A stretch of DNA of 63,566 nucleotides, filler included, from Candidatus Eiseniibacteriota bacterium (GTDB lineage Bacteria > Orphanbacterota > Orphanbacteria > Orphanbacterales > Orphanbacteraceae): assembly GCA_043809585.1 (NCBI GenBank). It is 4 parts of 4 records of this genome, joined end to end, with 100 filler letters (N's around TTAATTAATTAA, not from the genome) between each part and the next. Parts side by side here need not be neighbours in the genome. Positions count along the whole stretch, not along the records: positions 22,148 to 49,987 come from JBDROZ010000037.1; positions 50,088 to 58,224 come from JBDROZ010000046.1; 2 more parts are not named here. One strand, given 5' to 3'. The notes beneath the pieces were generated by a model, which saw nothing but the letters and a program-made list of their open reading frames with translations, was not told the origin of the DNA and made no database searches. Shown here piece after piece: positions 39,579 through 50,205 of the stretch (the first letter of the stretch is position 1; every line of letters starts with the position of its first letter). A program made the translations under genes and the position numbers.

Positions 39579-40407
39579 CTCCTCGGAGGACGAGGCGTCG
39601 AGGGAGTCTTCGACCCAAGAGGTTCCAATCCAGAAGATCATCCCGAACGAAGCCCAGCCCCGCAGGCGATTCGACCCGGACAAGATCGCGGAACTGGCCG
39701 AATCGATTCGCCTGAAGGGTGTACTCCAGCCTATGGTGGTCCGTCCTCGAGGCGACCGCTTTCAGATCGTGGCCGGGGAAAGGCGGTTCCTGGCCGCCAA
39801 GCAGGCAGGTCTCAGCCACATCCCGGTGGTGATCCGGGAGGTGCCGGATGAGGAGATGCTCGAGTGGGCCCTGATCGAGAACCTCCAAAGGGCCGACCTC
39901 GATCCGGTAGAAGAAGCGGAGGCTTTCCGTATCCTAATTGAAGACAAAGAATTAACGCATGACCAGGTCTCCCGTCTCGTCGGGCGGGATCGAACATCCA
40001 TCACCAACTCGATTCGCCTGTTGCAGCTCCCTGAAGAGGTGGTCCGGGCTCTGGCCGATGGGCGAATAACGCCGGGCCATGGCCGCGCCCTCCTCCAGGC
40101 ACCGGCAGGACTCGCCCGTAACCGATTGTTTGAAAGGATCTTGCATGAGGGGCTCTCGGTCCGCAGGACGGAGGAGCTTGCCCGGGGCGCCCGTCCCGCC
40201 CGGAAGAAGAAGAAAGGGGGAAGTCCTCCTCGAGACCCGCAAATCGAGTCACTCGAGGAGAAACTGCGTCTCCGATTCGGCACGCGGGTGCGGATCCGGC
40301 CGAGCGGCAAGGGCGGAACCGTAGAAATCGAGTTTTACGGTCCGGAAGAGTTCGAAAGGGTCTACGCGGAGCTCATGGCGGGTGCGGAAAAGCACGCCGA
40401 GATCTAG
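39529..40407 (+). CDS. parB: Chromosome partitioning protein ParB/Spo0J
   Basis: [33 protein letters not shown]. Confidence 0.96.
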   Translation: MTKRVLGRGLEALLSANSSEDEASRESSTQEVPIQKIIPNEAQPRRRFDPDKIAELAESIRLKGVLQPMVVRPRGDRFQIVAGERRFLAAKQAGLSHIPVVIREVPDEEMLEWALIENLQRADLDPVEEAEAFRILIEDKELTHDQVSRLVGRDRTSITNSIRLLQLPEEVVRALADGRITPGHGRALLQAPAGLARNRLFERILHEGLSVRRTEELARGARPARKKKKGGSPPRDPQIESLEEKLRLRFGTRVRIRPSGKGGTVEIEFYGPEEFERVYAELMAGAEKHAEI

Positions 40408-40653
40408 ATCACGCGTAACTCGTTGACTTGTCGGTTGTTGCGCCTATTGGGAGGGGTTGAATGGCGATTTTGCTTCCTTTTCCCCCCCCAAATGGTATGT
40501 TTTTTCTGGCAGGCTGGTGACCTGGTCTCACTGCCGGCAATGCAGCCCATCTTTGCTCGACTTCTTGGTGGTTCCCCCCGCGGCGGATCGTGACCCGGCG
40601 CCGGCCCCTGGGGGGACGGGTCTCCCATCCACTTTCTCTCGGGGAGGCGGATC

Positions 40654-41424
40654 ATGAACGAGCAGGTCGCTCTTCTTCTCAAGCTCGAAGAGATCGAGAA
40701 GAAGCGAATGAACCGCGAGGAGAAGCGAGCAAAGGTCCAGCGGATCGAGAGGAAGATCCAAGAAGAGCATCTCCGGTACTATCGGCTCCGCCAGGATCGG
40801 GGCGGTCCGGCCATGGCGGCCGTCGAGGAGGGTGTGTGCCTCGGCTGCGGCATGCACTACCCCGATACGAACCTCGTCATTCAAAAACTCGACACCGAGC
40901 TGGTTCGTTGTGAGATCTGCGGCCGAATTCTCTATCCGGCGCCACCGAGCCTCATAAAGAAGAAGAGGGAAGAGGAGGCGAAGCGGGAGAAGGCCGCCCT
41001 GGAGGCCCAGAAGAGAGCCGCCGCGCAGGCCAAGAGGAAGCGTGCCGCCAAACCAGTTGACGAATCAAGTAAAATGACGGCCGCGACCGAGAGGGCGGAG
41101 AAGAAGAAAGCCCGCGAGAAGCCGGCGAAGAAGAAGGCCGCCCCCAAGAAGACGACGAAGAAGAAGGCGACCGTGAAGAAGGTCACCAAGAAGAAGGTCA
41201 CCAAGAAGAAGGTGGCGAAGAAGGGGGCCGCGAAGAAGAAAGTCGCGAAGAAGAAGGCTCCGGCGAGGAAGCCCGCCAAGAGGAAAGTCGCGAAGAAGAA
41301 GGCTCCGGCGAGGAAGCCCGCCAAAAGGAAGCCCGCGAAGAAGAAACCCGCCCGTCCGAGCAAGAGGCAGGGAGCGGTCCGCAAGAAGGCCTCGGGATCC
41401 CGAGGTGTCCGGAAACGAGGATAG
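40654..41424 (+). CDS. C4 zinc-ribbon (DUF164-like) protein with a histone-H1-like Lys/Ala-rich tail
   Basis: CLGC...CEICGRILY followed by a long run of KKK/PAKK/VAKK repeats. Confidence 0.8.
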   Translation: MNEQVALLLKLEEIEKKRMNREEKRAKVQRIERKIQEEHLRYYRLRQDRGGPAMAAVEEGVCLGCGMHYPDTNLVIQKLDTELVRCEICGRILYPAPPSLIKKKREEEAKREKAALEAQKRAAAQAKRKRAAKPVDESSKMTAATERAEKKKAREKPAKKKAAPKKTTKKKATVKKVTKKKVTKKKVAKKGAAKKKVAKKKAPARKPAKRKVAKKKAPARKPAKRKPAKKKPARPSKRQGAVRKKASGSRGVRKRG

Positions 41425-41540
41425 GCGCCGGGCGAACCCCGCCTCTTCTCCCCGATGATGATCGCTCCGGGCCTTGCAGAAAACATCCACCAAGAATAGA
41501 ATCCGATAGATCGCCCGGCCCGATCGGTGGTGTCCAGACT

Positions 41541-44282
41541 ATGGAATACGAAGGCATCCGGATGGTCCCCGACGAATGCGAGGGGACCGGTCTCCATCTG
41601 GAGCATCTCTGCCGCTACCGCTACGCCGCCCGTTTCGCGGCTGGGCGCCGGGTGCTCGACTGTGCCTCGGGCGCCGGATATGGGAGCCGGATTCTCCGGG
41701 AGGCCGGGGCCCTGTCCGTGACGGCCATCGACGTCGACCCCCGGGCGGTTTCCTACGGACGCGAGCGGTACGGCGCCGGGGGGATCGAGTTCCGGGTCGA
41801 CGACGTGACCCGCCTCGCCACCGTCGAAGACGGATCGATCGATCTCTATATCTGCTTCGAGACCATCGAGCACGTGCGGGACGGGGAGTCGGTCGTCCGG
41901 GAGGCCCGCCGGGTCCTGAAAGAGGACGGGCTCTTTCTCTGCTCAACCCCGAACTGGGAAGTGTCACGCTGTCAGAATCCCCACCACGCCCGCGAGTACC
42001 GGCTCGGTGAATTCCGCGCCCTCCTCGCCGGGCAGTTCGGCGATCTGGAGATCCTCTTTCAACGGAACTACGTAGCCGCCCGAATCGCCCCTTCACCGGG
42101 CGCCGCCGCCCGGGAAGAGGCCTATGTCATACAAGAGGAGGGGATCGACGACGACCCCGCCGAAGCGCCCTACTTCGTAGCGTTCGCCTCTCGGCGAGGC
42201 GTCGCGGCGACAGGCCGCCACGCCCTTCTCGGCCCCGCGGAGATGACGGAAAAGGACCGCCGGTACATTCAGAACCTCGAAGGGGGCGTGGAGGAGAGAG
42301 ACCGCGAGCTCGAGAGGGTCCGTTCGGAGGCGGAGGCCAGAAGCGCCGGGCTCGAAGCCCGGATCGTCGAGGGGAAGCGGGCCATCGAGGAGAGGGACGC
42401 GAAGATCCGGGCCCTCCAAGAGGAAGGGGAAGTCCGACAGGGAGCGCACGACGCCGAGATCGAATCGCAAAACCGCTACATCCAGAATCTGGAAGGAGGG
42501 GTCCGAGAGCGGGATGCCCGCATCCGAGACCTCGAGATCGTCCAATCGAGAAGAGAGACGGTGCTCGCCCTTCGCCTGGTTCAATTAGGAATACGCGTGA
42601 ACCGCCTCTTCGGCCGAATTCCGACCAGGACCTATCGCTTCCTCCGTTCCGCCCTTGCCCGGGAAGGGACCCCCATCCTCCCCAGCTCCTCCGACCGCCC
42701 ACTCTTCAGCATCCTGATCCCCGTGTACGAAAACTTCTCCTTTCTGCGGGAATCGATCGAGAGCGCCCTCGGCCAGTCCTTCGACGACTTCGAGTGCGTC
42801 ATTTACGACGACGCCTCGCCGGACACCGGGGTCCGGGCTCTCCTCGAGGCGTACCGCGGCCACGAGAAGGCGAGTGTCCATTTCGGCGAAGAGAATCTCG
42901 GCCTCTCGAGGGCCCTGAACCGGTGCATCGCCCTCTCCCGGGGGCGGTATCTCGCCTTTCTCGACTGCGACGACGCCCTCGAGAGGGATGCCCTCGCGAA
43001 AGTGGCGCGCCGCATTCAGAGGGGTGAGGGGGGCGCCGCGGATTTCTTCTACAGTAACCGGATCGACGTGAACGAGGCGGGCGACGTGCTCCGCTTCTGG
43101 GACTTCACCAACCGGACCTTCGGCCCTCCCGCGGAGGAACTTCTGAACGGGATGTTCTGCAGCCATTTGAAGGTGATCCGCCGGGAGGTTCTGCACGAGA
43201 CGGGTCTCTTTCGAAAGGAGTTCGACTCCGCCCAGGACTACGACATGACCCTCCGTCTCTCCGAGGGGCACGCGTTCGAGTTCATCCCCGATGTCCTCTA
43301 CCGGCACCGGGTGCACCGATCCCAGACCACCGCCGGATCGTTGGAGCTGCAGAAGTCCCTGGCCGTGCGGGCGAAGGAGACCGCGATCCTCCGGAGGCGG
43401 GTGCGGGCCGGGGAGTGGTCCGGCACGGTCTCCCTCGTGGTGCTCTCCCTCAATCGCCTCGAGGACACGAAGCGGTGCATCCGGTCGATCGCCCGCCACA
43501 CGCCGCTCCCCCACGAAGTGATCGTCGTCGACAACGGCTCCGAAGAGGCCTCGCTCGAGGGTCTCCGGGAGTTCGCCGCCGCGGACGGCACCTTCCGGCT
43601 CCACGAGGCGGGGGAGAACCTCCGGTGCGGCGGCGGCCGGAACCGGGGCGTCGGCCTTGCCCGCGGACAGTACGTGGTCTTCCTGGACAACGACATCGAG
43701 GTTTCCGCCGGGTGGCTCGAGGCGCTGATCGTCGAGATGGAATCGGACGAGCGCCTCGCCGCCTGCTGCTGCCGGGTCGTCTTCCCGAACGGCGAGATCC
43801 AGTTCAACGGCGGGAGGACGAGACGGGGGGCCAGCCGCATTCGCTTCGATCTCGTCGACACCGGAAAGAGCCTCTCGGACATCTCCGCCATGGAGTCCCG
43901 TGAGTGCGACTGGGTCCCCGGAGGCGCGACGATCTTCCGCCGGGCCCTCCTCGAGAAGCACCCCTACGACACGGACCTCGGCGGCGCCTACGAGGACAAC
44001 GACTGGTCCCTCCGCGTCCGTAAGGAAGGCAATCGCCTCCGCAACTGTCCCCTCGCCACGGTGATCCACCACCACATGAACTTCAATCCCGAGGTTCGGA
44101 AGGACCGGCACTACGTGGGCGCCCGTTACGACCGGAGCGAGCTCGAAAAGACCCTTCTCCACTTCTATAAGAAGCACGGCGCCTTCATCGACGAAGAGGA
44201 CCTGTACCGCTTCGTCGGCTACGAGGGGAGCGAACAGTTCATGGAGAAGCACGGCTCGGAGGGGACCTTTGTATCGAGGTGA
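41541..44282 (+). CDS. SAM methyltransferase + coiled coil + two GT2 domains (glycan polymerase/terminator-like)
   Basis: HLCRY...VLDCASGAGYG...FETIEH; coiled coil; GT2 motifs DDASPD/LDCDD/AQDYD and VDNGS/LDND/YEDND. Confidence 0.88.
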   Translation: MEYEGIRMVPDECEGTGLHLEHLCRYRYAARFAAGRRVLDCASGAGYGSRILREAGALSVTAIDVDPRAVSYGRERYGAGGIEFRVDDVTRLATVEDGSIDLYICFETIEHVRDGESVVREARRVLKEDGLFLCSTPNWEVSRCQNPHHAREYRLGEFRALLAGQFGDLEILFQRNYVAARIAPSPGAAAREEAYVIQEEGIDDDPAEAPYFVAFASRRGVAATGRHALLGPAEMTEKDRRYIQNLEGGVEERDRELERVRSEAEARSAGLEARIVEGKRAIEERDAKIRALQEEGEVRQGAHDAEIESQNRYIQNLEGGVRERDARIRDLEIVQSRRETVLALRLVQLGIRVNRLFGRIPTRTYRFLRSALAREGTPILPSSSDRPLFSILIPVYENFSFLRESIESALGQSFDDFECVIYDDASPDTGVRALLEAYRGHEKASVHFGEENLGLSRALNRCIALSRGRYLAFLDCDDALERDALAKVARRIQRGEGGAADFFYSNRIDVNEAGDVLRFWDFTNRTFGPPAEELLNGMFCSHLKVIRREVLHETGLFRKEFDSAQDYDMTLRLSEGHAFEFIPDVLYRHRVHRSQTTAGSLELQKSLAVRAKETAILRRRVRAGEWSGTVSLVVLSLNRLEDTKRCIRSIARHTPLPHEVIVVDNGSEEASLEGLREFAAADGTFRLHEAGENLRCGGGRNRGVGLARGQYVVFLDNDIEVSAGWLEALIVEMESDERLAACCCRVVFPNGEIQFNGGRTRRGASRIRFDLVDTGKSLSDISAMESRECDWVPGGATIFRRALLEKHPYDTDLGGAYEDNDWSLRVRKEGNRLRNCPLATVIHHHMNFNPEVRKDRHYVGARYDRSELEKTLLHFYKKHGAFIDEEDLYRFVGYEGSEQFMEKHGSEGTFVSR

Positions 44283-45921
44283 CCGAGACGGGCGGGGAAC
44301 GCGGGATCGCATCTTCACGGCCCTTGGTCTCCTCGCGGCCGCCGGTCCATCGGTGGTCGCCCGGCGGGCGCGCCGTTACCGGTGGAAGAAGAGACTCCTC
44401 GAAGTCCCCGCCGAAGAAGCGTGCCGGGCCTGGCTCCGGTCCCATCGATCCTTCGCGACCGATCCCGGCCGGCTCCGGGCCGTCCGGGAATCCCTCGGCG
44501 GCCTTCCCGAAGTGCAAGTCGCCCCTCTCGGCGCGTCCCCCGTCTCCGTCGACTACCCCGGCGCCCTCCCGATCGCTCCGGCAGGACCCCTCGGCGAGAT
44601 TCTGTCCGGCTCGCCGGCGGAGTTCGTTGTTCTCCTCCGGCCCGGATGGGATCTCCTGCCGGGCGGGATCGCCGAATCCGTTCTCCGCCTTCGCCGCCGC
44701 CCCGAGGCGATCGCCCTCTTCGGCGACGAGGAGATCCCGTCCGCGGGAGCAGGAGACGGGCTTCCGAATTGGAAACCGGGCTGGTCGGGGGATCACTTCC
44801 GCGGCTCCTTCTACACGGGCGGCGTCCTGGTCCTTCGCCGGGATCCGGCGGCCGCGGCATCGCGGGGAATCGCCGGGTCCGGAGAGGGGGCGCTTTACGA
44901 GGTCCTTCTGCGGATTCACGAGCGCCCCGGAGCGGTGGTCCATCTTCCCGAGATCCTGTCGAGTCGGGCCGGCCAGGCGAAGGGGGGGGGGGACCGGGCG
45001 TGCCGGGAAGCCCTCGCCCGGTGGGCCTCCTTCGCGGGTCGCTCCGGCCCGGTCGAGGAGGGACTCGTCCCGGGAAGCTGGCGCATCCGGACTGCCGCGC
45101 CCAAAGAGGCTTCCCTCAGCGTGCTCGTCCCGACCCGTGACGGAGGGTCCTGGCTCGGGAAGTGCCTCTCCTCCCTCGGCCGCTCCTCGTTCCCCCCTGC
45201 GGAGATCATCGTCGTGGACAACGGAAGCCGGGACACCGCGACCCTGGACTATCTCCGCTCCGTCGCGGGACGGAAGGACGTGAAGATCCTGAGCCGCCCC
45301 GGCCGGTTCCGATTCTCGGCCCTCATGAACGACGCCGCCCGTGAAGCGCGGGGCGATCTTCTTCTCTTCCTGAACGACGACACGGAACTCCTGGAACCCT
45401 CCTCGCTCGACTCGATGGCCGCCGAAGCGGTCCGACCGGACGTGGGCGCCGTCGGCCCCCTTCTCCTCTATCCCGACGGCGCCGTCCAGCACGCCGGGTT
45501 GGTGGTGGGGATGGGCGTCGTGGCGGGCCACCTCTACAAAGGGACGGAGAGGACGGGGGCGCCCTGGTTCGTGTCTCCCCTCGTCGATCGGGAGGTTTCC
45601 GCCGTGGACGGCGCCTGCCTGATGACCCGGCGGGACCTCTTCCTCCGGCTCGGAGGGTTCGACGACCGGCGCCTCCCGGTCTCCTTCAGCGACGTCGACT
45701 TCTGTCTCCGGGCGCGAGACGAGGGACTCCGGGTTCTCTACACACCCCACGCCCGGTTCACCCATCACGAAGGGAGAACTCGGCGGCGGGGCGTCGATCC
45801 CCGGGAGGCGGTGTGGATGGAGCGCCGCTGGGCCGGCCGGCTCGACGAAGATCCCTTCTACCACCCCGCCCTCTCCCTCCTCGACGAATACCCCCGTCCC
45901 CGCGGTGAGGAGCACCGATGA
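44269..45921 (+). CDS. Family 2 glycosyltransferase
   Basis: VPTRD, VDNGS, LNDDTE, VQHAG, SAVDGAC, FSDVDFCL. Confidence 0.88.
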   Translation: MYRGDRDGRGTRDRIFTALGLLAAAGPSVVARRARRYRWKKRLLEVPAEEACRAWLRSHRSFATDPGRLRAVRESLGGLPEVQVAPLGASPVSVDYPGALPIAPAGPLGEILSGSPAEFVVLLRPGWDLLPGGIAESVLRLRRRPEAIALFGDEEIPSAGAGDGLPNWKPGWSGDHFRGSFYTGGVLVLRRDPAAAASRGIAGSGEGALYEVLLRIHERPGAVVHLPEILSSRAGQAKGGGDRACREALARWASFAGRSGPVEEGLVPGSWRIRTAAPKEASLSVLVPTRDGGSWLGKCLSSLGRSSFPPAEIIVVDNGSRDTATLDYLRSVAGRKDVKILSRPGRFRFSALMNDAAREARGDLLLFLNDDTELLEPSSLDSMAAEAVRPDVGAVGPLLLYPDGAVQHAGLVVGMGVVAGHLYKGTERTGAPWFVSPLVDREVSAVDGACLMTRRDLFLRLGGFDDRRLPVSFSDVDFCLRARDEGLRVLYTPHARFTHHEGRTRRRGVDPREAVWMERRWAGRLDEDPFYHPALSLLDEYPRPRGEEHR

Positions 45922-47360
45922 CCCGGCGCCTGCTCGCCGTCGCCGCCCTCCTGGCCACCCTTCTCCTTATGGCTCCGCCGGGGGCGCACCTCTACCGCCT
46001 CGGCACCACGTGGGGCGACTACACCGGGTACAACCTGGTGCTCGTGACCCTCGACACGACCCGCGCGGATTTTCTGGGCGCGGACGCGGGCCCGGAGAGC
46101 GGCGCCTTCGCGAACCTCGCCCGGGAAAGCGTTCTCTTCTCCGCGGCCGTCGCGCCGACCACGACCACCGTACCCTCCCACGCGTCGATCCTGACCGGTC
46201 TCTACCCGTCGGAGCACGGCGTCATACACAACGCCCTCTCCCTCGATTCCGCCCGGGTCGGCATGACGCGGATCTTCCGCGACGCCGGCTACCGCACCGC
46301 CGCCTTCTTGAGCGCGGAGGGAATCCTGTCGCGGAACATCGGCCGCGGATTCGACGTCATCGACGACGAGGTGCCCGAAGGCCTTCCCCTCCGGTGGCAG
46401 CGGTCGGGGACGGTGACCAACGAGAGGGTCGCCCGCTGGCTCCGGGACGCGAAGGAGGGGCCCTTCTTTCTTTGGGTCCACTATTACGACCCCCACTCCC
46501 CCATGGGCCCGTCGGAGAGGGCGGCCCGGGCGATGCCGGACTACTCCGGGCCGTTCCGGGACGGCCTCTCGGTGGAGGAGGTCGTCGCGTACCGGGACGC
46601 CTCCGTCCTTGCCGCGGACGACCTCGCCTACCTCCGGCGCCTCTACGAAGAGGAGATCCGGACCGTCGACGACGCCATCGGCGGTCTCGTCGGCCTCCTC
46701 CGGGAAAGTGGCTCGTGGGACCGGACGGTGGTCGTGGTCGCCGGCGATCACGGGCAATCTCTCGGCGAGAACCGGTATCTCGGTCACGACGGCGATCTCC
46801 TTCACGAGGCGCTGGTCCACGTCCCCCTCCTGATTCGCGTTCCCCCCGCGCCCCGCTCCGAGGAGGGGGAGAGGGACGGGGGCCTCCCGTGGGTCCGGCC
46901 CGTCGTCGGTTCGCCCGTCGGCCTCTGCGACCTGCTTCCGACGGTGCTCGACCTCTTCAGCGAACTCCCTCCGCCCCCCTACCCTCTGGCGGGACGCTCA
47001 CTCCTTCCCCAGGTTCTCCGCCTCCGGCCGCGGGGCGCGTCCCGCCCCGTCTTCATGGAAGCGCCCGGCGACCTCGTCGGCGACCACGTCGAACCCCGGG
47101 CCGATTTGGCGGTACGGGAGGGTCGATGGAAGCTCGTCTCTGGCCCGGCCGGCGACGCCCTGTTTGATCTGGTCGCCGACCCCGCCGAGGAGAGGCCGCG
47201 GCCGCCGGGGAGCCCGAGGGAAAGGCGGATGAAGAACCTCCTCCGGGAGTGGCTCGCGGGCATGGAGGAGAGAGGGAAGAGCGGCCAAAGCGGGATCGGG
47301 CGCGAAAACCGAGAGGCCCTCGAGGCGCTCGGTTACATCGACAACGGCGCATCCCGTTGA
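45918..47360 (+). CDS. Sulfatase-like hydrolase/transferase (alkaline phosphatase superfamily)
   Basis: VTLDTTRAD, TVPSHASILTG (Thr at the nucleophile position), HYYDPH, GDHG, HVPL. Confidence 0.85.
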   Translation: MTRRLLAVAALLATLLLMAPPGAHLYRLGTTWGDYTGYNLVLVTLDTTRADFLGADAGPESGAFANLARESVLFSAAVAPTTTTVPSHASILTGLYPSEHGVIHNALSLDSARVGMTRIFRDAGYRTAAFLSAEGILSRNIGRGFDVIDDEVPEGLPLRWQRSGTVTNERVARWLRDAKEGPFFLWVHYYDPHSPMGPSERAARAMPDYSGPFRDGLSVEEVVAYRDASVLAADDLAYLRRLYEEEIRTVDDAIGGLVGLLRESGSWDRTVVVVAGDHGQSLGENRYLGHDGDLLHEALVHVPLLIRVPPAPRSEEGERDGGLPWVRPVVGSPVGLCDLLPTVLDLFSELPPPPYPLAGRSLLPQVLRLRPRGASRPVFMEAPGDLVGDHVEPRADLAVREGRWKLVSGPAGDALFDLVADPAEERPRPPGSPRERRMKNLLREWLAGMEERGKSGQSGIGRENREALEALGYIDNGASR

Positions 47361-47430
47361 CGGGGGGCCGCCCCTCTCCTAGAATGCGGGGCGTTCCGGG
47401 CCCCTTCACCGCGGACGAGGAACGAGACTG

Positions 47431-48213
47431 ATGGGAATCGCCCAGACGATCAAGGACTGCTACGCCCACCGGGTCCTGATCCAGAGCCTCGTCGCGCGAC
47501 AGGTGAGGGCCCGCTACCGGGGATCGGCACTCGGCTTCGTCTGGACTTTCCTGAACCCCCTCCTTCTGATGCTCGTCTACAGTCTGGTCTTCACAGTGTA
47601 CATGAGGTTCGACATGGAGGATTACGGTGCCTTCATGTTCGCCGGCCTTCTCCCCTGGATCTGGTTCTCCTCCTCCCTCGCCGAGGCGACGGGATCCATC
47701 GTTTCGAGCGGAAACCTGATCACCAAGGCCCTGTTCCCTCCCGAGGTCCTGCCGATCACCTCGGTGCTCGCGAACGGGATCAACTTCCTCTTCAGTCTCC
47801 CCGTTCTCGGCGTGATCCTGCTCGCCTACGGGGTTCCTCCGAGCGTGACCCTGGTGGCCCTACCGCTTCTCGTTCTCGTCCAGCTCGTGTTTACGCTCGG
47901 ATTCGCCCTGATGCTGTCGGCCGCCAATGTCCAGTACAGGGACGTCCAGCACCTCCTCGGGAACATTCTCGTCTTCTGGTTCTTCCTCTGCCCCGTCATC
48001 TATCCGGTGTCGAAAGTTCCCGAGCGGTTCCGGATCTTCGCCCTCGGCAACGGCATGGGCGCCCTGGTGACGGCCTATCAGGACATCCTCTTCCACGGCC
48101 GCTTCCCGGAGTGGAACCTGCTCGGCCTCGTGGCGGGGTCGGCGATCGTGGTTCTCCTCCTCGGCGACGCGGTCTTCCGCCGTTACCGGGAGAGCTTCGC
48201 GGAGTGGCTCTGA
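47431..48213 (+). CDS. wzm: Polysaccharide ABC exporter permease
   Basis: RYRGSALGFVWTFLNPL, YRDVQH, PVIYP; about six transmembrane segments. Confidence 0.9.
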   Translation: MGIAQTIKDCYAHRVLIQSLVARQVRARYRGSALGFVWTFLNPLLLMLVYSLVFTVYMRFDMEDYGAFMFAGLLPWIWFSSSLAEATGSIVSSGNLITKALFPPEVLPITSVLANGINFLFSLPVLGVILLAYGVPPSVTLVALPLLVLVQLVFTLGFALMLSAANVQYRDVQHLLGNILVFWFFLCPVIYPVSKVPERFRIFALGNGMGALVTAYQDILFHGRFPEWNLLGLVAGSAIVVLLLGDAVFRRYRESFAEWL

Positions 48214-48980
48214 TGGAAGGGACGGCGACGGCCCTGGTCGTGGAAGACGTGGCGAAGCGATTCCGCAAGGCCCGGCTCGCCCGGAACTACTCCACCCTGA
48301 AGAGCCTCTTCCTCCGGCGGGCGCCGTCGGGCAAGCCCTCCCACTACTACCACCAGGCCCTCGACGGAGTCACGTTCGCGGTGCCCGCCGGCGCGACGTG
48401 GGGGATCATCGGCCCGAACGGATCGGGAAAGAGCACGCTCCTCAAGCTGGTGACCGGCATCTACCGCCCCGACCGGGGCCGGATCGAGACGCGGGGGAAG
48501 GTCGCGTCCCTGATCGAACTGGGGGCGGGTTTCCACCCGGACTTCAGCGGGCGGGAAAACGTGATGCTGAACGGGATCGTCCTCGGCATGTCGAAGCGGG
48601 AGATCCGGGACCGGTTCGACGACATCGTCGCCTTTTCCGAGCTGGAGGACTTCATTGACGAGCCGGTGCGGACTTATTCGACCGGAATGTACATGCGCCT
48701 CGCCTTCTCCATCGCCGTTCACGTCGATCCGGACATCCTGCTCCTCGACGAGATCCTCTCGGTCGGCGACGAGGCGTTCGCCCGGAAGAGCCGGGACCGG
48801 ATCCGCTCCTTCCAGGAACGGGGCAAGACGATCCTCATGGTCAGCCACGATCTCGAGGCGATCCGTTCGTTCTGTTCCCGGGCCCTTCTCTTCGCGGACG
48901 GGCGGGTCGTCCTGGAAGGGGAAGTGGGCGAGGTGATCGACCGGTACCGGTCCGACGTGGACCGCCGGTCCGGCCCGTAG
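48213..48980 (+). CDS. wzt: Polysaccharide ABC exporter ATPase without a C-terminal carbohydrate-binding domain
   Basis: GPNGSGKST, YSTGMYMRLAF, LLDEILSVGD, VSH. Confidence 0.92.
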   Translation: MEGTATALVVEDVAKRFRKARLARNYSTLKSLFLRRAPSGKPSHYYHQALDGVTFAVPAGATWGIIGPNGSGKSTLLKLVTGIYRPDRGRIETRGKVASLIELGAGFHPDFSGRENVMLNGIVLGMSKREIRDRFDDIVAFSELEDFIDEPVRTYSTGMYMRLAFSIAVHVDPDILLLDEILSVGDEAFARKSRDRIRSFQERGKTILMVSHDLEAIRSFCSRALLFADGRVVLEGEVGEVIDRYRSDVDRRSGP

Positions 48981-48983
48981 GAG

Positions 48984-49987
48984 CTAACGGGCCGCTTCCG
49001 ATCCCAAGCGGGAGAGGAGGCAGAGAAGGGCCGCGGCGCTTCTCTCCCACGAATAGAGCCCGGCCCGCCTTCGGGCGGCCGTCGCCGCGGCTTCCCATCC
49101 AGGCCCGTCGCGCAGGCTCTCGCCGATCACCCTCGTCATCGATTCCCCGTCCTCCGGGTCGAAGTAACGGGCGGCGTCACCGGCGATCTCGTCGAGGGGG
49201 GCCCGGTCCGACAGGAGGAGGGGGGTGCCGCACGCCATGGCCTCCACCACGGGAAGCCCGAAGCCCTCGAGCAGGCTCGGAAGGACGACGAAGCGGGCGC
49301 CCCGGTAGAGGGCGGGCAGGTCGGCGTCGTCGAGCTCGTTGATGACCGAGATCCGACGGTCGTCGATCCGGGGGCGCCGCGGCTCTCCGGCGAGAACGAG
49401 AGGATAGGCCGCTCGGAGCGATTCCGGAAGGCGCCGGTGGGACTCGATCAGGCGGGCCACGTTTTTGTGGCGATCGTCACGGCCGACGAAGAGAAGGTAG
49501 GGGGGGGTGACGCCGAGTCGGCGAAGGCGCGGGCCGTCCCCTTCCGAATCGGGCGTGAAGTGGGAAGCCGGGGCGCCCGGGATGACCGTGACCCGGTCTT
49601 CGCCGATCCGGAAGAGACGGCCGAGAGCCTCGGCGGTCCTCGCCGACACGGCGACGAGGTGGTCGTACGACGTGAGAAGCCGGCGCCCGACCGGGGGGAG
49701 CCCGTAGAAGATCCGCCATTTCGGGTTCCCCCGCCGCGCGTCCGGAATCTCCCACGGGATGAGATCGTGAACGACGGCGACGCGGACGCGCCCGGCCCTC
49801 CGTCGTGGGGGAAGGCCGAGGTAGTTGGGGGTGACGTAGAAGGGGCAGGCGAGGCGGCGGAGCGCGGAGTCGAGACGGCGGCCGCTCCGGGGCGAGAAGA
49901 GCCCCGTCCGAACCGGTTCGAGCCGTGCCCCACCGGGGAGGGCGCCCCGGAGGCGGTCCGCCATGGCGGGATCGGAGTAGAGGCCGA
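48984..49987 (-). CDS. Family 4 glycosyltransferase, 5' end lost at contig break
   Basis: VHDLIP, HKN, PSLLEGFGLPVVEAMACG; frame stays open to the linker. Confidence 0.9.
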
Positions 49988-50087
49988 NNNNNNNNNNNNN
50001 NNNNNNNNNNNNNNNNNNNNNNNNNNNNNNNTTAATTAATTAANNNNNNNNNNNNNNNNNNNNNNNNNNNNNNNNNNNNNNNNNNNN
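49988..50087. other. Artificial contig linker
   Basis: N run + TTAATTAATTAA + N run. Confidence 0.98.
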
Positions 50088-50205
50088 CAGTATACATCCC
50101 TGCCTTTTGTGCATATTCAATCATTTCAGGCAGTTTTGGATGAAGGAGTGATTCCCCTGTATGAAACAGCTGGAGACACCAGACAAATGATTTTGCTTCA
50201 TCAAC
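50088..50205 (-). other. AT-rich fragment of a radical-SAM-like gene, probably a chimeric contig end
   Basis: Reads DEAKSFVWCLQLFHTGESLLHPKLPEMIEYAQKAG (GEPLLH-like); base composition is unlike the host. Confidence 0.55.
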
